A DNA stretch of 63,172 nt, filler included, from Octopus bimaculoides (GCF_001194135.2; 3 parts of 3 records of this genome joined end to end with filler, not necessarily neighbours in it), one strand, 5' to 3'; shown: positions 51,500 to 62,829, numbered from the whole stretch's first letter. Notes: generated from the sequence alone by a model not told the origin. A program made the numbers and translations.

Positions 51500-51640
51500 T
51501 CATTTATTTCAATCATTAAACTATATCCATGTTGGGGCACCGCTTTAAAATATTTAGTCAAACAGATCGACCCAATACTTATTTTTCTTAAGCCTGGTAC
51601 TTACTCTATCGGTCTCTTTTGTCGAACCACTAAGTTACGG
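51500..51640 (-). mobile_element. SINE family C, 3' part
   Basis: ccatgttggggcaccgcttt...cctggtacttactctatcggtctcttttgtcgaaccactaagttacgg. Confidence 0.75.
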
Positions 51641-52870
51641 TGCATAAGATGTTTGAGGACAGATTTATGTTTATTAAAAAAAACCCAGATATATAATAAC
51701 AGATAATAACTTTATTTATCAAAAAATGCTATGAGGATAAAAATAAACCTTCTTTTCTATAATGTCATTCAATAAAGCCAACTTCAGCTACAACAACTGC
51801 TTCTATACGAGATCTAAATCATCTACATGCTCGAATCAAGTGGTCCTGGTTCATTTTGGACATTACTTGACTATGGCAGCTTTCAAAGAATCTTTGGTAT
51901 CATGGGCGTGTTTATTGGCCTCTCTCTCACCAACGCTCCACATGTAATAGTCCAATTGATTGAGATCTGAGGAATTAGGAGGCCAAATGTTAGGGGTTAT
52001 GTGATCATGAACATTTTCAGCCATCCGTTCCTGTGTTACTAGATCTGTGTGATAGTGCAGAGTCTTACTGAAGCACACATCGCCTTCCATTGCATACACT
52101 GTTTATCCAGGGCTAAATTATTTCCAGGACCTCAATGTAGGCGACAGATTTAACTCTAAGGCTTTGTGGGAAGAAGTAAGGAGACATCACATGTCCTTCA
52201 TTACTGACAACCCCTCAAACCATGACAATTGTAGGAAATTTTGTATGCATAACACTTGGAACTTCAGAAGGGTCTGCACATAACCATCTGTCATTTCTTC
52301 TGTCAACTTTTTTTTTATCTTGGTCGAAGTTTTTCTCATTTGAGAAAAACCAAATCAAATCTTCATCTGCTGCATTTTTCTGTTTAAGAGACTTTTAGAT
52401 CTGTTGTAGTGATGTTCTTTTGCTTTTTCTGACGAATTGACCTTTCCTCATCATATTAGACTTATATCTGATGTTTTCTGACACATGGAGATCTTTTACA
52501 ATTGACCTCATGGACTTTCTGAGATTGTAATCAATGGTCTATTGAACTTGTTGGATAAATTCAGATGTTCTGATGATTTCAGAGCGTTTAGAATGCTTTT
52601 TATGCTTTGATACTGGTGATACGTTTCCATCTTCAGTCTCTAGCTCCTTACAAACTTTGTTGACGAAAGATCTGGGAACTTTTAAAAAATCGAGATATTT
52701 CTAATTCGCTGTGCTCAGCGTTTATAACCACAATAACAGCATGCCTCTTCATTTCTTGAGTAAGCTGAGGGCCTGCTATTATTATTTTCTGAAACAAAGA
52801 TTATACAGAATTAGCAAAAATGCAGCAATGACCCCCAAAAGGTATGTCTTCAAATACCTTATGCACCCTT
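51639..52870 (-). mobile_element. Near-complete DD37D (maT-type) Tc1/mariner element, transposase decayed
   Basis: TIRs GGTGCATAAGATGTTTGAGGAC (51639-60) and rc GGGTGCATAAGGTATTTGAAGAC (52846-68). Transposase QEMKRHAVIV...WFFSNEKNFDQ...RRNDRW...Q*DSALSH..TQERMAEN...WPPNSSDLNQLDYY has 37 residues between the 2nd and 3rd D after repairing one frameshift. Confidence 0.88.
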
Positions 52871-52880
52871 TATATATGTC

Positions 52881-52914
<34 letters not shown>

Positions 52915-52922
<8 letters not shown>

Positions 52923-53070
52923 GTTCTTTCAGGTTGTGCTTACAAGGCTTTTGTCGGTCCGAGGCTATAGTAGAAAAACTTGTCGAAGGTGCGTGCCACA
53001 CAGTGGGACTGTGCCCGGAACGATGTGGATGGGAAACAAGCTTCTTACCACACAAACACGGCTCTATGTA
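52915..53070 (-). mobile_element. SINE family C, 5' half
   Basis: gatgggttctttcag...gtgccacacagtgggactg...cttcttaccacac. Confidence 0.75.
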
Positions 53071-53105
53071 TGTATGTGTGTGTACATGTGTATATATATA
53101 TATGC

Positions 53106-53136
<31 letters not shown>

Positions 53137-53269
53137 AAGTATATTAAAATATATTTTACATAATACAAACATTATCTGATGTAGCACACACATACATAGG
53201 NNNNNNNNNNCACACATACATAGGTACATATATGTGTATGTGTTATAAACTGTTTTTAACCTTTTATTT

Positions 53270-53500
53270 CTTATTTCTTTATTGCCCAAAAGGGGTTAAA
53301 CATAGAGGGGACAAACAAGGACAAAGGGATTAAATCGATTACATCGACCACAGTGCGTAACTGGTACTTAATTTATCGACCCCCGAAAGGATGAAGGGCA
53401 AAGCCGACCTCGGCGGGATTTGAACTCAGAACGTAACGGCAGACGAAATACCGCTAAGCATTTCGCCCGGCGTGCTAACGATTCTGCCAGTTCGCCGCCC
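53270..53500 (-). mobile_element. SINE family A, well-preserved copy
   Basis: tatttctttattgccc...ggggacaaacaaggac...gccagttcgccgcc. Confidence 0.9.
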
Positions 53501-53509
53501 TCAAGTCAA

Positions 53510-53972
53510 CCTTTTGTTTCTTCCTGTCTTTCGACTTGGATCATGCTGAGGCACCGCCTTGAAGGGTTTAGTCAAACAAGTCGACCCCAGGACCAATCTT
53601 TTTAAAGTTTGCCACTTATTCCGTCGGTATCTTTTGCCGAACGGCTATGGTACAGGGATGTAAATGAAGCAACACCGGTTATCAAGCAGCGGGGGAGAAA
53701 CACGAAGAGAAAGCCTTACACGCGTAGATCTATATGCATATCATTATCTCTCCCCCTCCTTTATATATATGTGTATGTGTGTGTGTATGTGTGCGTGCGT
53801 GTATGTTTGTGTGTCTGTGTCTGTTCCCCCCATTATCGCTTGACAACCGATGCTGGTGTGTTTACGTCTCCGTAACTTAGCGGTTCGGTAAAAAAGACCG
53901 ATAGAATAAGTACTAGGCTTACAATAAATAAATCCTGGGTTCGATTTGCTCGACTAAAAGCGGTGCTCCAGC
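53510..53972. mobile_element. Two SINE family C 3' halves back to back (minus 53510-53700, plus 53760-53972)
   Basis: Left part is the reverse complement of the family C 3' region; right part is the same region forward; central TA/TG tract. Confidence 0.75.
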
Positions 53973-54072
53973 NNNNNNNNNNNNNNNNNNNNNNNNNNNN
54001 NNNNNNNNNNNNNNNNTTAATTAATTAANNNNNNNNNNNNNNNNNNNNNNNNNNNNNNNNNNNNNNNNNNNN
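53973..54072. other. Artificial scaffold-join spacer N44-TTAATTAATTAA-N44
   Basis: Same 44+12+44 layout as 29389-29488. Confidence 0.9.
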
Positions 54073-54227
54073 GTGATCTGAACAGAACCGCTTCTGACAC
54101 AGAGAATCGGGAGCCCTTTTGGTCATTCTATTTTCCTTGCTGGAAGGGTTCCTAACCCATGGGCAAAGAGGGGTTAGATGATGGCGGTGGTGTTTTCAAA
54201 GGGATGGCATGTGTAACCTGATCACCT

Positions 54228-54853
54228 CTGCTGATCAAACTCCCAACCCAAAGAACTAAAGTATTTCAGATTGCAAGACAGTCTGTGAGAGAACACCGTG
54301 GTGTCGTAGGAGAGAAATGTGTGCGCATGGATGATGGTGGCATTGTGTTTAATGATTCTGCAAAGAAAGAGGCTTGGAGACAACATTATGAATGACTGCT
54401 GAATGGGAGAAGGAGAGTCTGCCAACAGTTGACCTAATTGAGGGACAAGCTATCTGAATCAACAATACCCAGATAGATAAAGCAATTAAGGATATGAAGA
54501 CAGGGAAAGCACCTGGCCCATCAGGAATCACTGCTGGAATGCTTAAAATATCCAGCAGTGTGGGTTATGGTCTTGTCACTCGCATCATAAATAAGGTAGT
54601 TCATGAAGGACCCAATGGCTGGTGTAGCAGCACCATAATCAACTGCTACAAGAGGAAAGATAATGCTTTAGATAGAAATTACTACAGTAGTATCAAATTA
54701 TTGGATCAGGTGATCAAAGTTACAGAGAGGGTCATAGCCCAACTAATTAGGGACAGAGTTAGCCTAGATGAGATGCAATTTGGTTTTGTGCCAGGCAGAA
54801 GCACCACTGATGCTATATTTCTGGTAAGGTAACTGCAGGAGAAATACATACTC
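54228..54853 (+). mobile_element. RTE-clade LINE fragment (pre-RT and early RT)
   Basis: MKTGKAPGPSGITAGMLK...CYKRKDNALDRNYYSSIKLLDQVIKVTERVIAQLIR...MQFGFVPGRSTTDAIFLVR*LQEKY. Confidence 0.9.
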
Positions 54854-55917
54854 AAAGATCGATTTGTAATAGGAGTAGGAAGAGTAAATTAGATTGTTTT
54901 AGAGGGGAAAATGATTTTGCATGTAGTTTTATTGATTTTATTTGTAATTGGGAGTTATTTTGACGGAAAAAATGACGCTGTGACCTAAGTTATGGTATTT
55001 AGAATATTAATTCCGATACTTTCATCCAAGAAATTTGGAATTGTGTAAATGTATGAATTTAAACATACACACACACACACACACACAGAGAAAATCTGCC
55101 TTTTATAGATAAGATANNNNNNNNNNNNNNNNNNNNNNNNNNNNNNNNNNNNNNNNNNNNNNNNNNNNNNNNNNNNNNNNNNNNNNNNNNNNNNNNNNNN
55201 NNNNNNNNNNNNNNNNNNNNNNNNNNNNNNNNNNNNNNNNNNNNNNNNNNNNNNNNNNNNNNNNNNNNNNNNNNNNNNNNNNNNNNNNNNNNNNNNNNNN
55301 NNNNNNNNNNNNNNNNNNNNNNNNNNNNNNNNNNNNNNNNNNNNNNNNNNNNNNNNNNNNNNNNNNNNNNNNNNNNNNNNNNNNNNNNNNNNNNNNNNNN
55401 NNNNNNNNNNNNNNNNNNNNNNNNNNNNNNNNNNNNNNNNNNNNNNNNNNNNNNNNNNNNNNNNNNNNNNNNNNNNNNNNNNNNNNNNNNNNNNNNNNNN
55501 NNNNNNNNNNNNNNNNNNNNNNNNNNNNNNNNNNNNNNNNNNNNNNNNNNNNNNNNNNNNNNNNNNNNNNNNNNNNNNNNNNNNNNNNNNNNNNNNNNNN
55601 NNNNNNNNNNNNNNNNNNNNNNNNNNNNNNNNNNNNNNNNNNNNNNNNNNNNNNNNNNNNNNNNNNNNNNNNNNNNNNNNNNNNNNNNNNNNNNNNNNNN
55701 NNNNNNNNNNNNNNNNNNNNNNNNNNNNNNNNNNNNNNNNNNNNNNNNNNNNNNNNNNNNNNNNNNNNNNNNNNNNNNNNNNNNNNNNNNNNNNNNNNNN
55801 NNNNNNNNNNNNNNNNNNNNNNNNNNNNNNNNNNNNNNNNNNNNNNNNNNNNNNNNNNNNNNNNNNNNNNNNNNNNNNNNNNNNNNATATATATATATAT
55901 ATATATAAATATACATA

Positions 55918-56090
55918 CAGTTCTATATTTAAGAGATGAGGTATTATGTACATTATTTACATTTGACAAATATTTGACCTCATCTTGTTTGTTAAGACAA
56001 TGTTTCGGCTGATATACCTTCCAGCCTTCATTGTGTGTCTTGGGGAAATTTAAAACCTGGGTTCTCATTCCTAAGGTATTTTTCAATGGC
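55918..56090 (-). mobile_element. Short interspersed repeat with a degenerate hammerhead-like motif (PLE pLTR-like)
   Basis: Minus strand AAGACACACAA-TGA-A-GGCTG-gaaggtatat-CAGCC-GAAAC-ATT-GTCTT; the CUGA part of the core is missing. Family assignment rests on recollection of similar octopus repeats. Confidence 0.35.
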
Positions 56091-56129
56091 ATTATCATTA
56101 TTATTATAATCATTATGCCATATGCCCGT

Positions 56130-56200
56130 GGGCATATGACGTAGTGGTTAAGAGCACGGACTACTAACCCCAAGATTCTGAGTCCAATTCCAGTCAGTGA
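56130..56200 (+). mobile_element. Short tRNA-derived SINE head (degenerate)
   Basis: gggcatatgacgtagtggttaagagcacggactactaaccccaagattctgagtccaattcc: A-box and B-box-like motifs, but no closed acceptor stem. Confidence 0.55.
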
Positions 56201-56309
56201 CAAGAAGAAGAAGGACAACGACAACGACAACATCGAAAACTTGATATTCACATTATTCATTTTTATGGATACAAATTTTCTTTTCTGAGCCTTACTTAAA
56301 AAATTTTTT

Positions 56310-56930
56310 AATGCATTATGTCCAATTTTCCACACTTGAAACATTTACGATTTTTAAAAGGACAATTACTTTTAAAATGTAAACCCCCACACACATAGCA
56401 TGGATTTGGTCTTGACATTCGTTTTTCTTTATTCTTATCTGTTTCAAGTCGACACACATGTATCTGAGAGCAATCTTTTTCTTCAATTTTATCCGTGTCA
56501 TGTCTTAAATTTGTAATCCTCTGGCATTCTTCAGCCACTGCCTGTAGAGTTAATTTTCGGTCCTGTACTAATTTTGTTAATATATGGGAACGTATATCAA
56601 TATGTTTTCTTGAACAAAAGTTAGACATTTGAACAAATCCAGGATTAATTCATTTAATTTGAATTTTTCATACTCTCTGTTAACGACCCCAGCATAGGTG
56701 ATGAAATCTTCATCATCTTTTCTGACTAAATTTAAATATTGCCAATGAGTATTGAACAGGAAACTTCTTTCACTGAAAATTCTCAATAACAAATTAACTG
56801 TTTCATCGAAACAAATCTCACCTGGCTTCTTTGGCAGAATATAGTGACAGTATTTTTTATGTTCAGCAAGGGATAACTTTCTTAAAAGTAGTCACACCTT
56901 CTTCTCATCATTCCAATTTTTACATTATTC
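56310..56930 (-). mobile_element. Gypsy (Mag-like) LTR retrotransposon gag fragment
   Basis: KKV*LLLRKLSLAEHKKYCHYILPKKPGEICFDETVNLLLRIFSE...EDFITYAGVVNREYEKFKL...CYVCGGLHFKSNCPFKNRKCFKCGK (zinc knuckles). Confidence 0.85.
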
Positions 56931-57329
56931 TTTGAAGATTTCTTAGTATCTTCTAAAATATGAAGAAAAAGTAGTACCTTCTCCTGGGTTATAAATAAAT
57001 TCTCCAATTGAATTTGCTATGCTGCCTGACAAGAACAAGCCTGAAGTATTTTCAGACTTCTTCAACATTACTTCCAGTGGTATTGTTGCAACTGCACCAT
57101 ATGGGCCAACATGTCTCCCATGTTAAATAATTTTTTCCTTTGGTTCCATACCAAAAAAAAAAAAAATTAACATCTGACGCAAGCTTCGAATATCGCATAG
57201 CCACTTTTATATTCCAAGTTTGATAAATAATTTACACAGCGGAGGTTAATCAATGTGTTCACACAACGTACTTTGCAAGGCTACCAAAACGCTTTCTCCA
57301 TGACTACTACCAACCTCTACTCTTTATAA

Positions 57330-58620
57330 GAGTTTGGCTAGTCCATTCTTCCAATCCCCCAGGGATGTCAATGACTGGTCACAACTGACTAGGTTAAAAG
57401 CCTTTGTGAGGTCATTGAAGGTGATAAAGAGTGGTTGTCTTTGCTCTCAGCACTTCTCCTGTAGCTTTTGGAGAGAGAAAATCATGTCGATGGTGGAGTG
57501 TTTTGATCTGAAACCACACTAAGATTTAGGGTATACCCTCTCAGTGATTTTCTGTAGCCAGTTTAAGACCATGTGGGCAAAGACCTACCCAACAATGCTT
57601 AACAGTGAGATGCCTCAGTAGTTATTGGAGTTGTTTTTGTCCCCTTTGTTCTTATGTAGAGTGACAATGTTGCAGTGCCTCATGTCTTGCGGCACTGATC
57701 CCTACTCCCTGTACTGACACAGTAGCTTCAGCAAGTGGCTAAGTAGAACTCTCCTTGCACATCTGATGATCTCTGGTGAGATGCCATCCAAACCCGGTAC
57801 TTTTCCAGTGGACAAGCCAGCAATGGCTCTGCTCAGGTCTTCAGCAGTTGGCAGTGTGTCCAGCTCCACCATGTCTAGTACACTGTCTGAGATGTTGCTT
57901 TCCTTAGCATAGAGTTCGGGGTAATGTTCCACTCATTTCTCCCGCTGCTATCTTTTGCCCTCGAAAACTTCCCCTGTTCTGGATTTCAATGGAGCTATCT
58001 TGCTCTGGGCTGGACAAATGGCTTTCTAGATGCCCTCATACATTCCATAAATGTTGCTCATGTCAAATGACAAACCAGTAGTATTTGCACAATGTCTCAC
58101 TGTCTTCTGCATGCTGTTCCTTGCTGATCTTGCAGCATTGCCCTGGTGGGTTGGTGTTTGTGCTTCAACAGGGCAACACGCTTCTCCTCCATGGGGGTAT
58201 TGAGTTCTTTCACATTCGCTTCAAACTAGTCATGTGTCATTTTCCTCCTCCTCCTCCACCTAGGACAGTGTTAATGATATCTCTGAGAGAATCCCATCTC
58301 TGCTGAACATTGTCTTCTGGAGGGTCTGCAAGGATGGTGTCTTAGTTAGCTGTTGGGTTGCAGTAGGACTGATGCACTGCTTGCTTGGAGGCTTGGTGCA
58401 GTGCATCATTTTAGGTTGGGGTTTGAGATTACAGCAAACCAGAGAGTGGTCCGTGATGCAGCCAGCACTGCAAAAAGACTGAGTCAAAAGGACATTCTTC
58501 AGGTGGTTGCATCTTGTGATAACCAAATCTAGCTGGTACCAGTGCCATGAGCAAGGGTGACGCGAGGAGATCCTGTGTTGAGCTTTCGCCTGGATGTAGG
58601 TGTTGAGCTTTCGCCTGGAT
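57330..58620 (-). mobile_element. RTE/BovB-like LINE fragment (end of APE to RT), decayed
   Basis: HPCSWHWYQLDLVITR...TDHSLV; LSTGKVPGLDGISPEIIR; KGDKNNSNNY*GISLLSIVG; CGFRSKHSTIDMIFSLQKLQEKC*EQRQPLFITFNDLTKAF. Confidence 0.9.
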
Positions 58621-58672
58621 ATATTGCAAGCAAAGGAGCAAACCCCTTACCACCTTCTAGCAGATGACAGGA

Positions 58673-58725
58673 TCACCAGACCAAACAGTGTCAGGCTATT
58701 TGTGCCCATCTTCAGTAGTGAACAC
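58673..58725 (-). ncRNA. Decayed type I hammerhead, left arm (GAAA mutated to GACA)
   Basis: GTGTTCACTA-CTGAAGA-T-GGGC-ACAAATA-GCCT-GACA-CTG-TT-TGG-TC-TGGTGA. Confidence 0.6.
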
Positions 58726-58783
58726 CAGTCCACTAGAGTTATATCGCGAGCTGGAGTGAACTCTTACTATTTCTAGTGGTCAG

Positions 58784-58840
58784 GTGTTCACCATAGAAGA
58801 TGGGCACAAATAGCTTGAAACCGTTCAGTCTGGTGAGTAC
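58784..58840 (+). ncRNA. Decayed type I hammerhead, right arm (CTGAAGA mutated to TAGAAGA)
   Basis: GTGTTCACCA-TAGAAGA-T-GGGC-ACAAATA-GCTT-GAAA-CCG-TT-CAG-TC-TGGTGAGTAC; 10-bp helix I including G-U pairs. Confidence 0.65.
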
Positions 58841-59248
58841 GTCTTCTAGAAAGTGGTAGGGGTTCGCTCGCCTGCTTGTAATATATACTGGGTGCAGATT
58901 GCACTGATAACCTGCTGGCAGGGTTAAACAGCAGTAATGTCAAACAGCCATACTGATGTGGCGATAAAAATTACTTCTCAGTAGAGCTACTACTTTCATC
59001 TCTTACTGAGATTTTCTAACTAGCTACTTTGCTTGTCATTCATTCCATTTGCTATCATTTATCTATTTATATAAATTCTATAGATAACATGGAATTCCTG
59101 ATGTATATCCAGTAGCAAGAGCATGCCCACTGATTGATGACTGTATGATGACAAGCTTTGCATAATATTCTACAAAGATTTTGCTTGAATCTTTTTTAAC
59201 TATATTATTATTATTATTATTATTAATATTATTTCATAAACAATATAT

Positions 59249-59331
59249 GTGCTACTATTAGTTTCATGTGCTGAGAACATGCCAAACATTGTTTTATAAC
59301 ATGTCTGGTGTTCAGCACAATCATCAGACAC
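59249..59331 (-). ncRNA. Minimal type I hammerhead with a long helix II, 3' of the Penelope-like element
   Basis: GTGT-CTGATGA-T-[TGTGCTGAACA CCAGACAT..ATGTTTGG CA TGTTCTCAGCACA]-T-GAAA-CTA-A-TAG-TA-GCAC; same strand as, and about 250 bp downstream of, the PLE ORF end. Confidence 0.7.
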
Positions 59332-59559
59332 TACCCACATGGCATAATAAACTAAAAATAATACAAGAGAAAAAACAAGAAAAGGCAAAAAGGAGGTATA
59401 TATGAAAAGTAAAAGGTTGAAAAACCAGTAAACAGAAAATTAGAAAGAAGCGACAGGGGAACAAGAGTTATTTCCATTAGACCATAAATTATAAAGCTGA
59501 AAAGATACTGGCTTAGAGCCTCTATAGTACAGTTATTTAATCTCGTGGGGGAGGTACTT

Positions 59560-60790
59560 CTCAATTCTTCAACAGGAACTAAGGTATATCCTTATAACAG
59601 CTGAAAAATTCAGATATAGAGTTCAGCAGTGAGTCAGAGTTCTTAGATCTGAGTGTTTTCAGCTACATGTAGGTCATATTGTTTTGATCTATTAACATAT
59701 GATGTGGATTTTACAACTATTTTCCACTTTAATGTATGTGGGGTTGCATTCAATTTCAAACTTCTTGTGCGGCTAGCCAACTTAGCTGCTTTGTTTTTGT
59801 CCGTGCCAGAAGGAAGATATGTGATTAGCATAGTGATTCTTGGAGTCTCTTTCACATAGTCCATTATTGTTATTTTTCTTAGTTGTATTATTATCTAGCA
59901 TTGAAGTAACTTCTGTCGCATATATGATGGATTTATTCATACATTGCTGGTCAAGTGAACAGTTTCCTGGGTTTTGACAGTTGCAACTGGGAGTTGGCTC
60001 TTGGTATTGGTCTCGTGTAATGATACTCTTCACACTGGAGCAGCAGCTATATGATAATTTCACAGAACACCTGTTAAATATTTTACTGTACCTGTGATTT
60101 TCTGGAAAATGTTAGGAAAGACGAGTATCTTTAACTATGTTAATTTCTACATTAAGGGAAAAGCGAGGGGCAAACCAAATAGTTTTCCTATGTCTATTTT
60201 TAGGTCTATTATTATTATTCCAATTAATATTAGAGAGACTATATATTAAGCCACTATTGGTTAGGGCATAGTTGTAGTAGAGGGCTACTGTTTCAAAAAT
60301 TTCTTTAGAGGAAGACAGGTTAAAAATTCTGTTACTAATATTAGCTATCAGGTTTTAAATATTACAGGAGGATGACAATATTGTTTATGTATATAGGAAA
60401 GTTTCTCGTTAGGCTTATAGTAAGGTTTATAAGAGGAGGAGTTCAGGTCTAGGGAAGCATCTAAAATAATCAACTTTAGACAAATAAGTAGCTACTGTGA
60501 TTTTAAGGCCTAATTGATTGAAGATAAAAACAAGTTGTTTCCTAAATTTATCAAGGGTCTGACCATCACAGCCATGGGAAATACCCAAACTGTTGTCTTG
60601 GTATAGACCAATGTCATGAGATGGATAAGTACCCATCTCACGTCTACAAAGATACTCACAAGGTTGCAGACATCAACACTATTGTACGACCCCACAGATA
60701 CATCAAATAATTCATCGTTATCTGACTTTTTTTACCCAAGCTGAGCCGTTATTAAACAGTAAAGTAAGAAATTAGGATATGTCTAGCCAT
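59560..60790 (-). mobile_element. Penelope-like element (RT + GIY-YIG), 5'-truncated and decayed
   Basis: LFNNGSAWVKK, FDVSVGSYNSVDVCNLV, GLYQDNSLGI, FRKQLVFIFNQLGLKITV, YKPYYKPNEKL, RKTIWFAP, KLSYSC, CNCQNPGNCSLDQQCMNKSIIYATEV, NHISSF, LLNSISEFFSC. Confidence 0.92.
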
Positions 60791-62829
60791 AGAAAGAACG
60801 TCTATGGAAAAGTTTAATGACATCTGGACCAGCAAAAGTGCCCTAAGCTCAAAACAAAGCTAGTGCTCATTCAGCCAATAGGCATTTATTGCTGCACAGC
60901 ATGGACTCTGAACAAAAATTTGAAAAGAACATGTGTTTGAAATGTGGGTGTAAGTAGCATCAATTTTTTTTTAAGTCATTCAATTTTTCTCAACTGATCA
61001 ATAGACCAATTGAGTAAACCTATTAGTAATGTACCTATAATGACTACTGGAAACAGTTGTAAACCAAATTTATTCTAATATAGAAAAACATGTAATGACC
61101 ATTATTTATGCCTTATTGATCAGAATTTCTGATTACAAGTAGTTTTCCACTGTTCAATCAACTAGACTACAAGGTTCATTGAGTCAGCATGCAAATATAT
61201 GAGTACTCAACAGACTTGTGTATTCTTAATTATTAGATAGAATCAAAGGACCAACCCAGCTACACTCACATACTGACATAGTGTATCAAGGCTGGACCTT
61301 TGATTCTAATTTTTTTTCCAATATATGATGCAAGAAACAATTATATATATTTCTTGTGTATCAAGTACATTAAAGGTACAAACAATACTTAATGACAAGT
61401 TATTATTTAAACAATTGCAATCTCATGAATGTAAACAATCAAAGCTGATAAAATTTGTTACTTGGCATATACTATTAACCCATTAAAAAGTTAAAGAGAA
61501 AAAAAATGTTTACCATGTGTTAAGCTACTGGGTTTTAGATTTCTCAATATGTGGCCAGTTCTTGAGCCCTGAAAACAAACAGGAATAACTTTTAGTTTAC
61601 AAATGGTTTTGTTTTTTAAAGTACATTCATTGTGATCTAACAGTTATTGAAAGTCAATAACCAAGTAATGAAAATTACCTTATTTATTTTATAAGTTGTA
61701 CCTTACGTTCTGCATAGAACAGTTGACACAAAACTTTTATAATTGAAATTTACACGATTGAGACAGTGAGTTTTTCAATTTGCATCACATGTCTATTGTT
61801 GTAAGGGGAGTAAGACAATTAAACAACTCATCCTATTGAACACATTAAAATAAATTATGAACATGATTATGGAATAGCTTGCTACATATTGTATTGTGTA
61901 TTATAAAAGGAAAGTAAATTAAATAGAAGTCATCAAAGTACACTTCAGAGAAGTACATTAATAAAAACATGTATGGCCTCTTATCATGCTCTGATCAACA
62001 TGGTTCTCCACAAAACAGCTTGCATTACTTGGATGCAATTCTGCTTGAACTCTGCAGATGTTCCATCAGTCAAACATAAATGGGAAGTCATTCTAGTGGC
62101 ATAAAGTCATAGACAGCTTTGTTCATTAGTTTAATCTGTATAGACTAACATGTTTCAAGTTCGCCTTCCAGCTCCATAGTATAGTTGAAAACTATACCCT
62201 GTCTATGAATCAAAATTTCAATTGACTTGGACTTTGGAACTGCAAGCAACACAAATACTTCTGCAGATCTGAGAAGTTTCTGAATTCCATCCATTGTCAT
62301 GCCACTATCACAACCCTGAGAGTATTCGACCAAAGGGATAGTAAAAGACTGGACAGTATCACAATCCTCTCATTCTGAGGCAGCAAGTCTTTCATCTGGG
62401 ATGCACCTTGAAACAATACTCTCTTCAGTGGCAACCTGGTAAATCAGGGTTACATCTAGGCTTCATCACCAACAAGATTGTGAGACGATAGTTATTTTCC
62501 AATAGGTTTCTTTTCAAACATAAAGCAGTCAAGAATCCTGGGCTCTAAACCACATTCCACTGTGTCTGAACAAAATAGAAAAGGCCATCCAGAGAAATGA
62601 GACCCGCAAGGTAGAATGCTTCTTTTAAAGCATTACCCACATCATTCTTGGGTGTGATGCAATTACTGTTTTGTCTGTAGGGACTCTGAAACATTTTAGG
62701 GACTTTCTCCAATAATAAATACTTGACATAATAAAACAAAACAAAAAACAAAAACAAAACAAAACTTCTAAAATAATGAAGCTAATAACAAAAGATTAAT
62801 TAAAACTTAAAATATATAAATCTAACATC

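Larger units (their letters stand above)
58619..58886. repeat. ~270-bp imperfect palindrome (arms 58619-58737 and 58772-58886) with a decayed hammerhead in each arm
   Basis: Arms align as reverse complements (e.g. gctatttgtgcccatcttc / gaagatgggcacaaatagc; ccactaga / tctagtgg); 34-bp spacer. Confidence 0.9.

Noticed and set aside
62040-62740. Coding-like decayed sequence on the minus strand (KNDVGNALKEAFYLAG, LVGDEA, IPLVEYSQG)
   Set aside because: Fragments hint at different transposase families (Harbinger, piggyBac) without a consistent motif order; cannot be assigned without a profile search.
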